This document shows, in pieces, positions 54,863 through 64,000 of a stretch of 64,000 bases of DNA (positions within the stretch are counted from its first letter, which is position 1; every line of letters begins with the position of its first letter). The stretch covers positions 18,915-82,914 of IMG/VR virus record IMGVR_UViG_3300043313_002348. One strand, written 5' to 3'. Made by a program: the position numbers and the translations under genes. The notes under the pieces are model-generated. The model was given only the letters and a program-made list of their open reading frames with translations. It was not told where the DNA came from and did no database searches. The DNA is from a virus.

Positions 54863-57651
54863 CGGCGAACACCTCCCGTCTGAATCTTACGAAGTAGGTC
54901 GGCGAACGCGCGTCCGATCATCTCCTCGATCTCCTCACGCGTATGGTTATCCCAACTCCCGCCACCCGCGTGAACGGTCAGTTGCACCGCACCCGGCGCG
55001 ATCGTGATCGAACCACTCCCCGCGACACTACTTGTCGGTGAGGTGGGTCGGGTGTTGACGAGACCACCTAGCTGACCGGTCGGTGACGAGCCGATCGTTC
55101 GGAGGGTTGAGGTGAAATCATTTGACCTATTAAGACGTTCGAGGAACTGGCGGACACCCGGTCGACTCACGGCGTCGGCGTTCACCATGAACTCACCTGG
55201 TGCGGCGCCGATGAGTAGTGAGTCAATACCTCTCTTACCAGGTCCGCTGATGTACCCACCTGCAGCCTGAAGTCCGGCGAGCGCGGGTGCGTTCAGAGGT
55301 GGGTGCCACTGCGACAGGTCGGTGACGTAGCGACCCGTGATATGCACGGTGTGGTCACGCAGGTTCTTGAGGTCGTGCTGGATCGTCGCGAGCACGCTGC
55401 GTGCCTTCGTGACGTTGACGTTGACCGTCGCGGTAGGATGCTGCTGACCGAAGACACCTAGTGAGGAGATGATCTGGTTCACGGCCGCGTCGTTAAAGCC
55501 GAGCTGGTGGTAGTGCGCGCGAAGGGCTCCTAGGTCTGCCTGCAGCGTCGCGGTCGCTCGACTGATACCCACACCGCGCTTAATCTGCGCGTCGTAGTCG
55601 GCTACCGCCGCCTTCACATTTGAGATCAACGTCTGCCGCGCGGAGTTACCGGCCACTGTGTTACCGTTCAGCGCGAGTGTCTGGCTTCGCTCGGTGCTAC
55701 TTAAACCCTTGAGTGAGACGTCCAGCGCGAGCACCGCGGCCTGGAACTGGAGGTGAGTGGACTGGGCGTCGAGGTTCACGTTCGCGAGGTTCTCCAGCGC
55801 GGCGCGGACGGCGTCGATCTTCGCCCGCTCGTCGGCTAACGCCTGGGCGGCCGTCTTCGTCGCGGTGGTCTGCCCGCCGGTCGCAGTCGTCGTCCCCTGT
55901 GTTGCCGTGGTGACACGTTGGTTCGCGGCGGTCGCCGCGTCGTACAAGCCAAGTTGATTCACCAAGGCTGCGGAGTTCTTCTCCGTGGTGAAGACGTCGT
56001 CGTTCTTAGTGCCGACGTACGCGACGATCGCGGCGTTCACCTGGTCAACGGCAGACTTATTACCCAGAACCGCGTTCGTGTACGTACCCGTGGCAATGCC
56101 GAGGTGCTGCGCGATCTCGAGCAGACCTTTCTGCTCGAGCTGCTGCGCGACCATCGCGCGCACGTTATCATCCACCACGCCGTTACTCGCCCTTAAGGCG
56201 TCGGCGAGGGTGCCTACCGCATCCTTATGTTCCTGCACGCGCGCCTTCGCCTCGGCGTGCTTCTGCGCCCAGATGCCGATGCCGATCGCGGCAAGTCCTA
56301 TGATCGCGTTGAGGCCGAACGCGCGCGCCTGCGCGACCGTCATCGACACGCTGAGTGTCCGCATTCCGGCGGCCGCGGCGACAGTCCGCGCATACATACT
56401 CTGCACCGCAGTGCTGATGTAAGTGAAGAGTTGACTTACAAGTGTAAGACCCTTCGAGATGACGATGAACGCGGCAAGCGCCGTGCCGATCCCGATCAGC
56501 GTAGTCTTATGATGACCTAACGTCTCGAGGACGTTACCGATCCCGTGGAACACACCGGTCACAACGGTGCCAACACCGCTGAGGTTACTTATGAGACTTG
56601 TCGTACCGCCAATGATCGCGTTCGTCGCCTGAAACACCTTAAGCATGACGGGAATCACCGCGTTGCCGATGCGTGCCTGGAGGTTCTCAAACTCAGCACG
56701 TAAGATCCGCTGCTGGTTCGCGGCCCCGCTGGACGTACGTGAGAAGTCTCCTAGAGCGGCTCCCGCACCCTTCGTTAGGAGTGTGAACGTCGCGAAGGCG
56801 AGCTGCTGCTGGGTAAGTTGACTCGTACTCTTAAGACCCGTCTCACGCAGGGCCTCCTGCTGCACCGTCGCGGCCTGAAGTGTAGGCACAAACCGCTGAA
56901 CCGAGTCGTACTCGCCACGAAACGCGGCGGTGATCGACTCGATGACGTCGCTCGGGTCGGCGTTGTGAAACGACGCGAAGTCAGAGGCTAGCTTATCGAG
57001 TTGGATCGACATGTCCGCCGCGACCTGCGGACCAATCTTAAGTCCTTGAAAGAGGTTACCGAACGTTGAGATCGCGTCTTCGGCCTGCTTCTTCGACTGG
57101 CCGAGTGCCCTGTCGGCCGTCGCTGCGAACGTCTCAACACTGGCGGCCGCAGGACCGAACACGGTCCGCGTCTTCGACACGGTCTCGTTAAGATCGGACG
57201 CCGCGCTAAATGATCCTTTGAAGAACTGAAACACCGCGGCGCCAGCCGCGGCGCCTGCTGCCATCTTACCGAACGAGTTGGTGATCTCCTGACCGGCACT
57301 CTTAAAGTGGCCCTTAATCCTACCGGTCGACTCACGTGTGTCGGCCTCGACTCGCTTTACTGCCGCGCTAGCGCCCTTAAACGACGTGGACGCCTTCGTC
57401 CCTGCGTCAGTAAACGCCCGCGTGGTGGTAACACCTACGCGACGTGCGGTCTGCTCGACCCCGCCGAGAACGGTCTTGACCGACTCGCTACTCTTTCGAA
57501 ACGACGTGCCGACGTTCGTTCCCGACTGGTTGACGCGAGTGTCGACCTTGCCGAACGCGGCGTCAACCTCGGCCTTAAGCTGCCGGTTGAACTTATCGAG
57601 CTTAGGTAGGAGCTCGACGTACGCCTGACCGATCACACCACCCGACGTCAC
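54859..57651 (-). CDS. tape measure protein
   Basis: IGQAYVEL N-terminus; AASDLNET..VFG, LASDFASFHN, GDFSRTS..ANQQR; AAGGYISGPG..D..GEFMVNA. Confidence 0.92.
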   Translation of the reverse strand: MTSGGVIGQAYVELLPKLDKFNRQLKAEVDAAFGKVDTRVNQSGTNVGTSFRKSSESVKTVLGGVEQTARRVGVTTTRAFTDAGTKASTSFKGASAAVKRVEADTRESTGRIKGHFKSAGQEITNSFGKMAAGAAAGAAVFQFFKGSFSAASDLNETVSKTRTVFGPAAASVETFAATADRALGQSKKQAEDAISTFGNLFQGLKIGPQVAADMSIQLDKLASDFASFHNADPSDVIESITAAFRGEYDSVQRFVPTLQAATVQQEALRETGLKSTSQLTQQQLAFATFTLLTKGAGAALGDFSRTSSGAANQQRILRAEFENLQARIGNAVIPVMLKVFQATNAIIGGTTSLISNLSGVGTVVTGVFHGIGNVLETLGHHKTTLIGIGTALAAFIVISKGLTLVSQLFTYISTAVQSMYARTVAAAAGMRTLSVSMTVAQARAFGLNAIIGLAAIGIGIWAQKHAEAKARVQEHKDAVGTLADALRASNGVVDDNVRAMVAQQLEQKGLLEIAQHLGIATGTYTNAVLGNKSAVDQVNAAIVAYVGTKNDDVFTTEKNSAALVNQLGLYDAATAANQRVTTATQGTTTATGGQTTATKTAAQALADERAKIDAVRAALENLANVNLDAQSTHLQFQAAVLALDVSLKGLSSTERSQTLALNGNTVAGNSARQTLISNVKAAVADYDAQIKRGVGISRATATLQADLGALRAHYHQLGFNDAAVNQIISSLGVFGQQHPTATVNVNVTKARSVLATIQHDLKNLRDHTVHITGRYVTDLSQWHPPLNAPALAGLQAAGGYISGPGKRGIDSLLIGAAPGEFMVNADAVSRPGVRQFLERLNRSNDFTSTLRTIGSSPTGQLGGLVNTRPTSPTSSVAGSGSITIAPGAVQLTVHAGGGSWDNHTREEIEEMIGRAFADLLRKIQTGGVRR

Positions 57652-57652
57652 G

Positions 57653-57990
57653 TCAGGTCACACCCATCTCGGCGAGGAACGTCTGACTCGCGTCCTCGTC
57701 ACCAAACCACCACGCGGGTGCGTTAAGTGGAACGTCATCGAAGGTAGCCGGCACCGCGACGTTCACACCACTTCGAGGTACGATCCAGCGGCGAACGCCG
57801 AGCACGTTGTCGAGGCGTTGTCGGTCCGTGTCACCCACCCCCCGAACGACGGCGGCGTAGATTAAGTTAAGAAAGCGGTCGAACGTCAGGGTGAGTGGGT
57901 CAACTCCCCGAGTGGCAAGTTCACCGTCGAACCGGTGCCATCGCCCGGGTTCGAAGATCCATCCGAGGAGCTCTCGGATGGCCCGGTAGG
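57653..57990 (-). CDS. tail assembly chaperone extension (probable frameshift product)
   Basis: -1 frame ORF overlapping the end of the chaperone, directly upstream of the tape measure. Confidence 0.6.
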
Positions 57991-58287
57991 GCGTTGACCG
58001 TACGACTCGAGTAACCACTCAATGATGCTGTCGACCTGCTGAATGTCGATCGGACTTTCCATGCTGCCGAGACGCTTACCGAACCGCGCGGCACTCTCAG
58101 GTTTAAGCATTATCTCGAAGATCCGTCGGATCGCCGTCCGGTCGCTGTTCGCGAAGATCTCGGCTGACGTCGCGAGCGTCTCGAGCAGCACCTCGACGGG
58201 CAGCGCGGGCCACGCCTCGAACTCCTCGCCGTCGACCGTAAACCTAAGATCAACGCGGGGCTTCGAGAAGTCCTTGAGCTGGGTCAC
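57886..58287 (-). CDS. tail assembly chaperone
   Basis: FTVDGEEF..IIEWLLESYGQRPT; position. Confidence 0.75.
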   Translation of the reverse strand: MTQLKDFSKPRVDLRFTVDGEEFEAWPALPVEVLLETLATSAEIFANSDRTAIRRIFEIMLKPESAARFGKRLGSMESPIDIQQVDSIIEWLLESYGQRPTGPSESSSDGSSNPGDGTGSTVNLPLGELTHSP

Positions 58288-58334
58288 CCATCATCACCTC
58301 ACGTCGATCGTACGGGAGACGACGTCGCGCTCCG

Positions 58335-58742
58335 CTACGAGGTCCTAGCCGCGGCCAGCGCCTCGGTTAGGAAGGGCTTACCTGGCGTCCCGCGAACGCT
58401 CTTCGCGAAAACGATCTTCGATCCACCTCGCGGGGTGAACACCAGGAACCGACCGGATTTCGGTAAGATCGGTCGTCCTCGAGGACCGTAGATCCCGGTA
58501 CCCTCGTGCACGTACAGCGCGTAGTCGAGGCTCGATCCGATGCGTACTCCCGTTACGGATCCACGTGTAACCACGTCGAGGTGAATATCTGACCGCAAAC
58601 GTCCGTGATCAACCGGGCAGAGACGCTTCGCAAGCGTTTCCACCTTCTTACCACGTTTAACCATCTCACGGACGACGACACCCGAAGACGAGTGAAGAAG
58701 TTGGTTGACCGCACCCGCGTCGATCCGCACGCTAACTGGCAT
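58335..58742 (-). CDS. HK97 gp10-like neck/tail protein
   Basis: CPVDHGRLRS, YALYVHEGT, GTPGKPFL. Confidence 0.85.
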   Translation of the reverse strand: MPVSVRIDAGAVNQLLHSSSGVVVREMVKRGKKVETLAKRLCPVDHGRLRSDIHLDVVTRGSVTGVRIGSSLDYALYVHEGTGIYGPRGRPILPKSGRFLVFTPRGGSKIVFAKSVRGTPGKPFLTEALAAARTS

Positions 58743-59256
58743 CGTTCGTCCTAATCAACGACACCTGCACCAGCAACTCGGAACCTACGCATCCGCCGTC
58801 AGGTCCGCGCGTAACCGAAGGACCTATCGCGTAGTCGGCGATCACGCGATCATCTTTCAACTCCGTCAACCCGCAGGTCACACCGTTAAGCACTAACTTT
58901 GCGTCCACCACGTTGACCAGCGCAGCCTGCTCGAGCCGTGCGCACGGCACCGTGGTCGAGTCTCCCTGCGGTAGCGGCGCGCAGCGAATGATCTGCACGA
59001 GGTACTCGCCGACGAGCTCACCCGCGGCGCAGGGTGTGTCGAGAACGCTCTGGTTAGGAAACGTGTCGGTGAGAAACAGTCGCGTGAGCGACACCGAGAG
59101 CTGACCACACTCAGTGTCGCAGGTGTCCCACGCGATCGCGCCGGGAACGACACACTTAACCGCGGGTTGACCCGCGGGTGACGTACTCAGTGAGTCCCAC
59201 GCGAGGTCGCGGAGTATCACACCGACCTGGTAGTAGGCGTCACTTCCGGTGATCAC
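58732..59256 (-). CDS. tail terminator / head-tail connector protein
   Basis: VPG.IAWD.C..GQL, RC.P, GPDGGCVG. Confidence 0.7.
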   Translation of the reverse strand: MITGSDAYYQVGVILRDLAWDSLSTSPAGQPAVKCVVPGAIAWDTCDTECGQLSVSLTRLFLTDTFPNQSVLDTPCAAGELVGEYLVQIIRCAPLPQGDSTTVPCARLEQAALVNVVDAKLVLNGVTCGLTELKDDRVIADYAIGPSVTRGPDGGCVGSELLVQVSLIRTNDAS

Positions 59257-60038
59257 TAGTTGACCACCCGGTGAACGGGACCGTCGACGCGGTACGTGCG
59301 CGCACGCGATCGTAGGCCAAGTGGGTTCACACTACGTATGAAGATGTCGGTGAGGTAGAGACCGAGAAGACCCTTACCGAGGTTCTCCGTGAACGAGGGA
59401 AAGCTAATCGTCACACCCTGTCGCGCGAGCTGGGTAATGTGTCGTGGCAGTCGGCAGTCTTCACCTCCGAGAGCCTTAAGAAACTCACACGCCAGCTCGC
59501 CGAGTGCGAGCTGGCCGATCGTCGGAACGGGTCGACCCATCACCGCGGTCACGGACCACGTACCGACGTGTGTGTCGTCTTGCGCGAGGTCGTTACACCG
59601 AGGCCACGCACCACCGTCGAGACGAACGAGTAGGTCGTGGCCGTCGAGGCGGTACGCACCCGTGACGAGAACCGCGCCGTCGACCCGCACCTCAGTGATC
59701 GACTCGATAGGTCCCGGTAGCCGCACCTGCTCGAGTGTGGAACATGAGCACGCGTCGTAGCAGGCACCGCAACTTACGATCGAGTACCAGGAACCACGCC
59801 ACGAACTAGACCATCCAGTGGTCCAGGCAGTCGGCCAGGGATTCCACCCGAAAGGAAAATCACGGTAGCACTCGTCGCGACACGGTCGAATCTTTACTGT
59901 GCAGATACCGAACTGCATACCCGTAAGTTCGTCGAGAACCTCCTGCGCGGCCGCGGCCGCGTACGCGAGAGCGGTCACCGGCTGCGACGTGACGTCGCAG
60001 CTCCAGATGATCGGCCACTCGTCGCAGGCTACCGACAC
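59256..60038 (-). CDS. head-to-tail adaptor
   Basis: FGIC..IRPC, LPGPI, WPRC, LACEF, CRLP, RQGV. Confidence 0.75.
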   Translation of the reverse strand: MSVACDEWPIIWSCDVTSQPVTALAYAAAAAQEVLDELTGMQFGICTVKIRPCRDECYRDFPFGWNPWPTAWTTGWSSSWRGSWYSIVSCGACYDACSCSTLEQVRLPGPIESITEVRVDGAVLVTGAYRLDGHDLLVRLDGGAWPRCNDLAQDDTHVGTWSVTAVMGRPVPTIGQLALGELACEFLKALGGEDCRLPRHITQLARQGVTISFPSFTENLGKGLLGLYLTDIFIRSVNPLGLRSRARTYRVDGPVHRVVN

Positions 60039-60054
60039 TAGGCACCCACTTCTC

Positions 60055-60735
60055 TTACGTTAGTAAGGTGCGACCACACTGGTTGACGGGCGGCGCGTTC
60101 GTCGTGATGTTCCACAGCCAGTGCTCGGTTCCTACGACGTTGTTGGCGGCGCCGGTAGGTAGATAAGACGTACCCGTTCCGGGTCCGTCACCCCACTGCG
60201 TGGCCGCGGCAAACGTCTCGAACGTGAACTGAAGCTGCGACAGGCCGTTCTCGATCGTGTAGTTGCCGATCTTCGCGTTACCACCGTGTGGCCACGCGTT
60301 GTACACGTAACGCTGGAGCCCCGAAGCGTCACACGCGCCGGAACCCGCCACCTGCTGCCACACCTCAAAGCTAAACTTGTTCGTAGGCGTACCCTCCGAG
60401 AGGGCGAAGCCGTAACCCGAGACCGGTGCCGACGTCGCAAGCTCACGCGCCGAGAGAATGTACGCGATGCCGTCGGGGTCGATCGAGCAGAGGTCGACCG
60501 TGTTCTCCATACGCTTGAGTGTCGGCGCGTCCTTCTGGTTCACGCAGGCGTCGCCGCTCGCGGTCCGCTCGAAGAACTCCACGCCTTCCTCGTACTGCGG
60601 TGACATCTGCACCTGGATAAAGCTCTTGCTGACGATGACCTGGCTACTCGCACCGGTGACGGGAACACCGCAGACGTCGAGTGCCACCATGCGAAATACG
60701 GTGCCCTTGATCGGACTTGCGCAGACCGCAGCCAC
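60055..60735 (-). CDS. major tail protein
   Basis: LDVCG.P, YEEG.EF..ASG..C, FSFEVW, WGDGP. Confidence 0.75.
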   Translation of the reverse strand: MAAVCASPIKGTVFRMVALDVCGVPVTGASSQVIVSKSFIQVQMSPQYEEGVEFFERTASGDACVNQKDAPTLKRMENTVDLCSIDPDGIAYILSARELATSAPVSGYGFALSEGTPTNKFSFEVWQQVAGSGACDASGLQRYVYNAWPHGGNAKIGNYTIENGLSQLQFTFETFAAATQWGDGPGTGTSYLPTGAANNVVGTEHWLWNITTNAPPVNQCGRTLLT

Positions 60736-60749
60736 TTCGCCACCTCCCC

Positions 60750-61670
60750 CTAGACCGGTACGCTCACACTCGTGAGTACGCCGAACAGACAGCAGTCGTA
60801 CGCGAACACGTACGTCCGCTCCACGATCATCTCCAGCGTGTTCTCCGCGCGGTTGATCATGGCAGATCGCGGCTGGTCGAGGACCTTGATGTCGCTACGC
60901 CGCATACTCACCGCACCCGTGGCGTAGAGCCAGGTGGATCCGGCTGCGGGTGCGGCACCCGCGGGGCTAGTCCCAGGATAGCCGGAACCCGCCGCGATCC
61001 GGTTGCCGTTCGCGGTGTAGAGTACCGCACCTCGAGGATGAACAAGTCCCCACGCGTCCAGCGTCGGCAGCGCGGCCTGCGGAACGTGAATCACTCCGAC
61101 GCCGTTGTAGCACCTCGCGATCGCACCCTCGAGTAGACCTAGGGCCTCGGTTACGTGAAGTGGTGTCGCGCCACCGGTGACCGTTACCGTCGCGAGTTGG
61201 AGGACGATCGACTGCTGGTCGACCACCGCCGCGTTCGCCGCAAGGTGAGGAAACGCGACGACTTGCCCACCCGAGATACCCGTCCAGAACGAGTTCTCAA
61301 CTTGATAAGGCTCGGTCTGGGAGAGCGCCCGAAGTGCGTCCTCACGAGCCGTTTCGAGTCCACCCACGGGTGAGCAGTCAAACTTCGTCATAACCGTGAA
61401 CGGCGTCGCACCTCGGTAGGTGACGTCGACGTTGTCGGTCTTTGACGCCGGAGGTGGTGGCGCGCCCGCCTGGGCGGGAGACGTCCCGCCCGTCACGACG
61501 AGACACTCGTCGTACGTCGTGCTGTTGGCGCCGGACGCACACACGGACTTCCAGGTAATCCCGTTCATCCAGTGTGCGTCCGGCGTCCCCGGCTGATCCA
61601 CTACGGAGAGTAGGCCGTACGGAGACGGTGTGAACGTCGGTGGGTCGACCACGAGCCTAGGACCGGCCAT
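60750..61670 (-). CDS. capsid pentamer-like protein
   Basis: PYGLLSV, HWMNGI.W, PFTV..C, GVIH, GSGYP, WLYATG.V, ERTY; directly downstream of the major capsid gene. Confidence 0.65.
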   Translation of the reverse strand: MAGPRLVVDPPTFTPSPYGLLSVVDQPGTPDAHWMNGITWKSVCASGANSTTYDECLVVTGGTSPAQAGAPPPPASKTDNVDVTYRGATPFTVMTKFDCSPVGGLETAREDALRALSQTEPYQVENSFWTGISGGQVVAFPHLAANAAVVDQQSIVLQLATVTVTGGATPLHVTEALGLLEGAIARCYNGVGVIHVPQAALPTLDAWGLVHPRGAVLYTANGNRIAAGSGYPGTSPAGAAPAAGSTWLYATGAVSMRRSDIKVLDQPRSAMINRAENTLEMIVERTYVFAYDCCLFGVLTSVSVPV

Positions 61671-61718
61671 CGACGTTCACCCCCCACTCACCGTTGGTAC
61701 CCTCTCCTATGATTACCC

Positions 61719-63488
61719 TTACAGGTTCGGCGCCGAGGTCGACGCGTTCGGCAGCAGCGCCGAGACGCTGAAGGCGATCGTGTAAAGCCGGGACTCGTGA
61801 CCCACCATGGCGACGAGGTGGCACTCCTCGGACCACGCCGCGGTGAAGTCGTTCTCGGCGTTGAGTACCGAGTCGCGGATCACACCGAGGTCGAGACTGA
61901 GGCCGTCACCTCGAAGGAAGGTACCGGCCGCGTACACCAGGACCTGCGCGGACGTCGGCCACGCGGTTACCGCGGCCGACGTGTTGCCGAACTGACTTGC
62001 ACCTCGCTCCTGGAAGTCACGTACCCACTGCACCCGGATGTTCCGGTCCGAGAAGAACTGGTTGATCTGGGCCGGCGTGACAGAGGTCGTCTCCCACTCA
62101 CTTGACCGCCAGAGGAACGACGCCGTCATCACCGCGGTGAGCCAGGCAGGCGCGACGACCTCGATCACCGCGTTATTCGACATGCCGTACTTCGCGCGGT
62201 AGTCGGTGGCCGCGAGGGCGAGTCCGTTCAACACCTGCGTGACGGTGTCGTTGGCCTCGGCGTACCCGCCACCGCTGATCGCGACTCCCGAGAGACTCAC
62301 CATCGTAGAGATGATCCGCTGGTTCATCGCGTGATCGTGCGCCGCTACAAGGAGCCGTAGGAAGTTCTGCGTCTGCTCGGGGTAAGCGTCATCCGTGAGA
62401 TTACCCGCGGTCAGACACACCCCGTAGCACTCGAGTCGCCGCTCGTTGAACGTCGTGCACGGAACACGAATGCACGGCTTGTTGGTGGAGCCGGTGACGG
62501 TCGCGGCGTCGTCCTGCTCGGTCCAAAGCCACGGGTTGGTGGTGTTACCGAACGTGTTCGCGAAGCCGCCGAACCCGGGACTTGCGTCGGCCAGCGACGG
62601 CGAGGTCGGGAAGCGGATACCCCCACGCGTGACGCCGAACGTCGGTAGGTCGATCAGGCCGTCCACCTCGGCGATGTTGAAGAAGTCGTACCGGATCTCG
62701 GACGGCGCGCACCAGCCACCGCCCGCCACCAGGGCCTTCTGCTTCTCGGGTGTGGTGAGACTCTTGACGAGTTCCTCGATGGCACCAGGACTCGTGCGCT
62801 CGTCGACCGTGTGTTCGTACGTCTTGCGGATCGTCGCCACAAGCTGCTCGGACGGCGCGCCACGCGTGACCGGCATCGACCGTGCGCGCCGGTGGAACGC
62901 GTCGACCACGTGTTCGATCGTGGTGAGTTCGGCGCCGCGGGAGACACCCGGAATGTCCACACCCGCGGTGATGACGGCCGTAGGACGCGGGATCGGCAGC
63001 GCGGGTGCGTGCTGTCGCGCCGCGGCGAGACCCTCCGCGCGCTCACTGAGTCCCGCGTACGTACCCTGCCTACCTAGGCGCTGGTCCGCGGCCGCTACCA
63101 GGGCCGCTGCGGCACCACGCGCCGCGGCCGCGGCGATCCCGTCGAGTGTGTCACGTGGAAGCTCGGCGACCGCGGTAGCGGTCCCACCACCTCCACCGGA
63201 TCCCGGCGTGCCGTTCACACGGGTTGCCAGCGCAACCTTCTGCTGCTCCCGTGACAGGGTCTCACGCTTCGCCGCGTCGGCGGCGCGCACCTCGCGAGCG
63301 CTGTGCTCGGACCGCAGGCGGTCGAGGTCGTCCGCCAACTTCATCATTCGGTCGAGGGAGGCCGGCGAGACCTCGGGTTCACCTTGCAGCCGGTCGAACT
63401 CGTCCTGCGCACGCTCGATGTACGATCCCAGTTCGGCGTCACTCACAAGGGTGAGATCGCCCGGAACCTCGAGGATTTCGTCTGCCAT
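61719..63488 (-). CDS. major capsid (hexamer) protein with an N-terminal scaffold-like region
   Basis: AGGGWCAPSEIRYD, LIDLP..RGG, KPC..C..F, AGNLT..AYPE, LDLGVIRDSVLN. Confidence 0.85.
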   Translation of the reverse strand: MADEILEVPGDLTLVSDAELGSYIERAQDEFDRLQGEPEVSPASLDRMMKLADDLDRLRSEHSAREVRAADAAKRETLSREQQKVALATRVNGTPGSGGGGGTATAVAELPRDTLDGIAAAAARGAAAALVAAADQRLGRQGTYAGLSERAEGLAAARQHAPALPIPRPTAVITAGVDIPGVSRGAELTTIEHVVDAFHRRARSMPVTRGAPSEQLVATIRKTYEHTVDERTSPGAIEELVKSLTTPEKQKALVAGGGWCAPSEIRYDFFNIAEVDGLIDLPTFGVTRGGIRFPTSPSLADASPGFGGFANTFGNTTNPWLWTEQDDAATVTGSTNKPCIRVPCTTFNERRLECYGVCLTAGNLTDDAYPEQTQNFLRLLVAAHDHAMNQRIISTMVSLSGVAISGGGYAEANDTVTQVLNGLALAATDYRAKYGMSNNAVIEVVAPAWLTAVMTASFLWRSSEWETTSVTPAQINQFFSDRNIRVQWVRDFQERGASQFGNTSAAVTAWPTSAQVLVYAAGTFLRGDGLSLDLGVIRDSVLNAENDFTAAWSEECHLVAMVGHESRLYTIAFSVSALLPNASTSAPNL

Positions 63489-63567
63489 TTTCCCCCCTCG
63501 GGAAATCACGCCGAGCGACCTACGCCGCGACGATGAAAAGGTATACGGTTCGTGTGCGATCGGTCAA

Positions 63568-63708
63568 CTATGACATTGGTGAGGTCTGCTCGCCGGAGTT
63601 AGAAACTTCCTCTGTGTTCACCGTCCGCGGCTCGTCGGTGGTCACCACCGGGTTAGGTGCCGGCACCTGGTCCGGACGAACGACCTGCTTCGCGCAGCCA
63701 CAACCCAC
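63568..63708 (-). CDS. small MGCGC protein
   Basis: Read by hand: MGCGCAKQVVRP...; GAAGG RBS. Confidence 0.55.
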   Translation of the reverse strand: MGCGCAKQVVRPDQVPAPNPVVTTDEPRTVNTEEVSNSGEQTSPMS

Positions 63709-63713
63709 TACCT

Positions 63714-64000
63714 TCACTCCTCCCTAAACTTTCGCCCGACCTGAACACGATCACGCAAGCGGTCCGCCATAAGTCGGAGCGCCCGCTGGTTAAGCTCTTC
63801 CTCGGTGACGTCGGGAACCCGGTGCGTCGAGGTGAACCCACTCGAGACGAGTGACTGGATCTTGCCGGACGCGACGTACGCCCGCGCGCGCGGCTGCTGG
63901 AACCCGGACGCGTTCACAGTCAGCAGGCCGACCATGCGCAGTGACCCGCCGATGGAGCGCCAGTCAGGTGACACCTGCCCCGACGCGCGCAGCGCGTGAA
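63714..64000 (-). CDS. capsid maturation protease-like protein, C-terminal part (truncated by the window)
   Basis: LRASGQVSPDWRSIGGSLRMVGLLTVNASGF; position upstream of the capsid gene. Confidence 0.55.
   Translation of the reverse strand, partial: HALRASGQVSPDWRSIGGSLRMVGLLTVNASGFQQPRARAYVASGKIQSLVSSGFTSTHRVPDVTEEELNQRALRLMADRLRDRVQVGRKFREE

Overview
This is a GC-rich actinobacterial tailed-phage genome segment (siphovirus-like). No integrase, terminase, portal or lysin falls in the window. From left to right it holds: (1) a leftward primase-polymerase and D5/SF3 helicase next to an AT-rich candidate origin (~1.5-2.1 kb); (2) a rightward replication and nucleotide-metabolism operon (dNMP kinase fused to a UDG-like domain, a thymidylate synthase-family enzyme with the dCMP-type Asp, dCMP deaminase, PolA, RuvC, MazG, SNF2 helicase, Cas4/RecB-like nuclease, Sak4-like ATPase, DUF669 protein); (3) a probable DNA-glycosylation cluster (GT-B, RGP/UDP-arabinopyranose-mutase-like protein, NDP-sugar epimerase, dimeric dUTPase/dCTPase, C5 methyltransferase); (4) about 19 kb of small accessory genes, many built as repeated hairpin/promoter/CAGGAACGAACGAG cassettes, plus a tRNA-Leu(UAA); (5) an FtsK-GIY-YIG fusion; (6) a leftward structural operon with separate hexamer-like and pentamer-like capsid proteins, ending in glycosyl- and methyltransferases. 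The standout is a nuclease-less IS110/Nop-domain protein (41686-42723) followed at once by a ~1.43 kb non-coding array of roughly 35-38 units of 36-39 nt. Each unit has two alternating short repeats (GATCGAGAC and AGAGAACC) separated by ~9-11 nt variable spacers, the architecture of a TIGR-Tas (TasA-like) RNA-guided system. All calls come from motif reading by eye; no searches were run.
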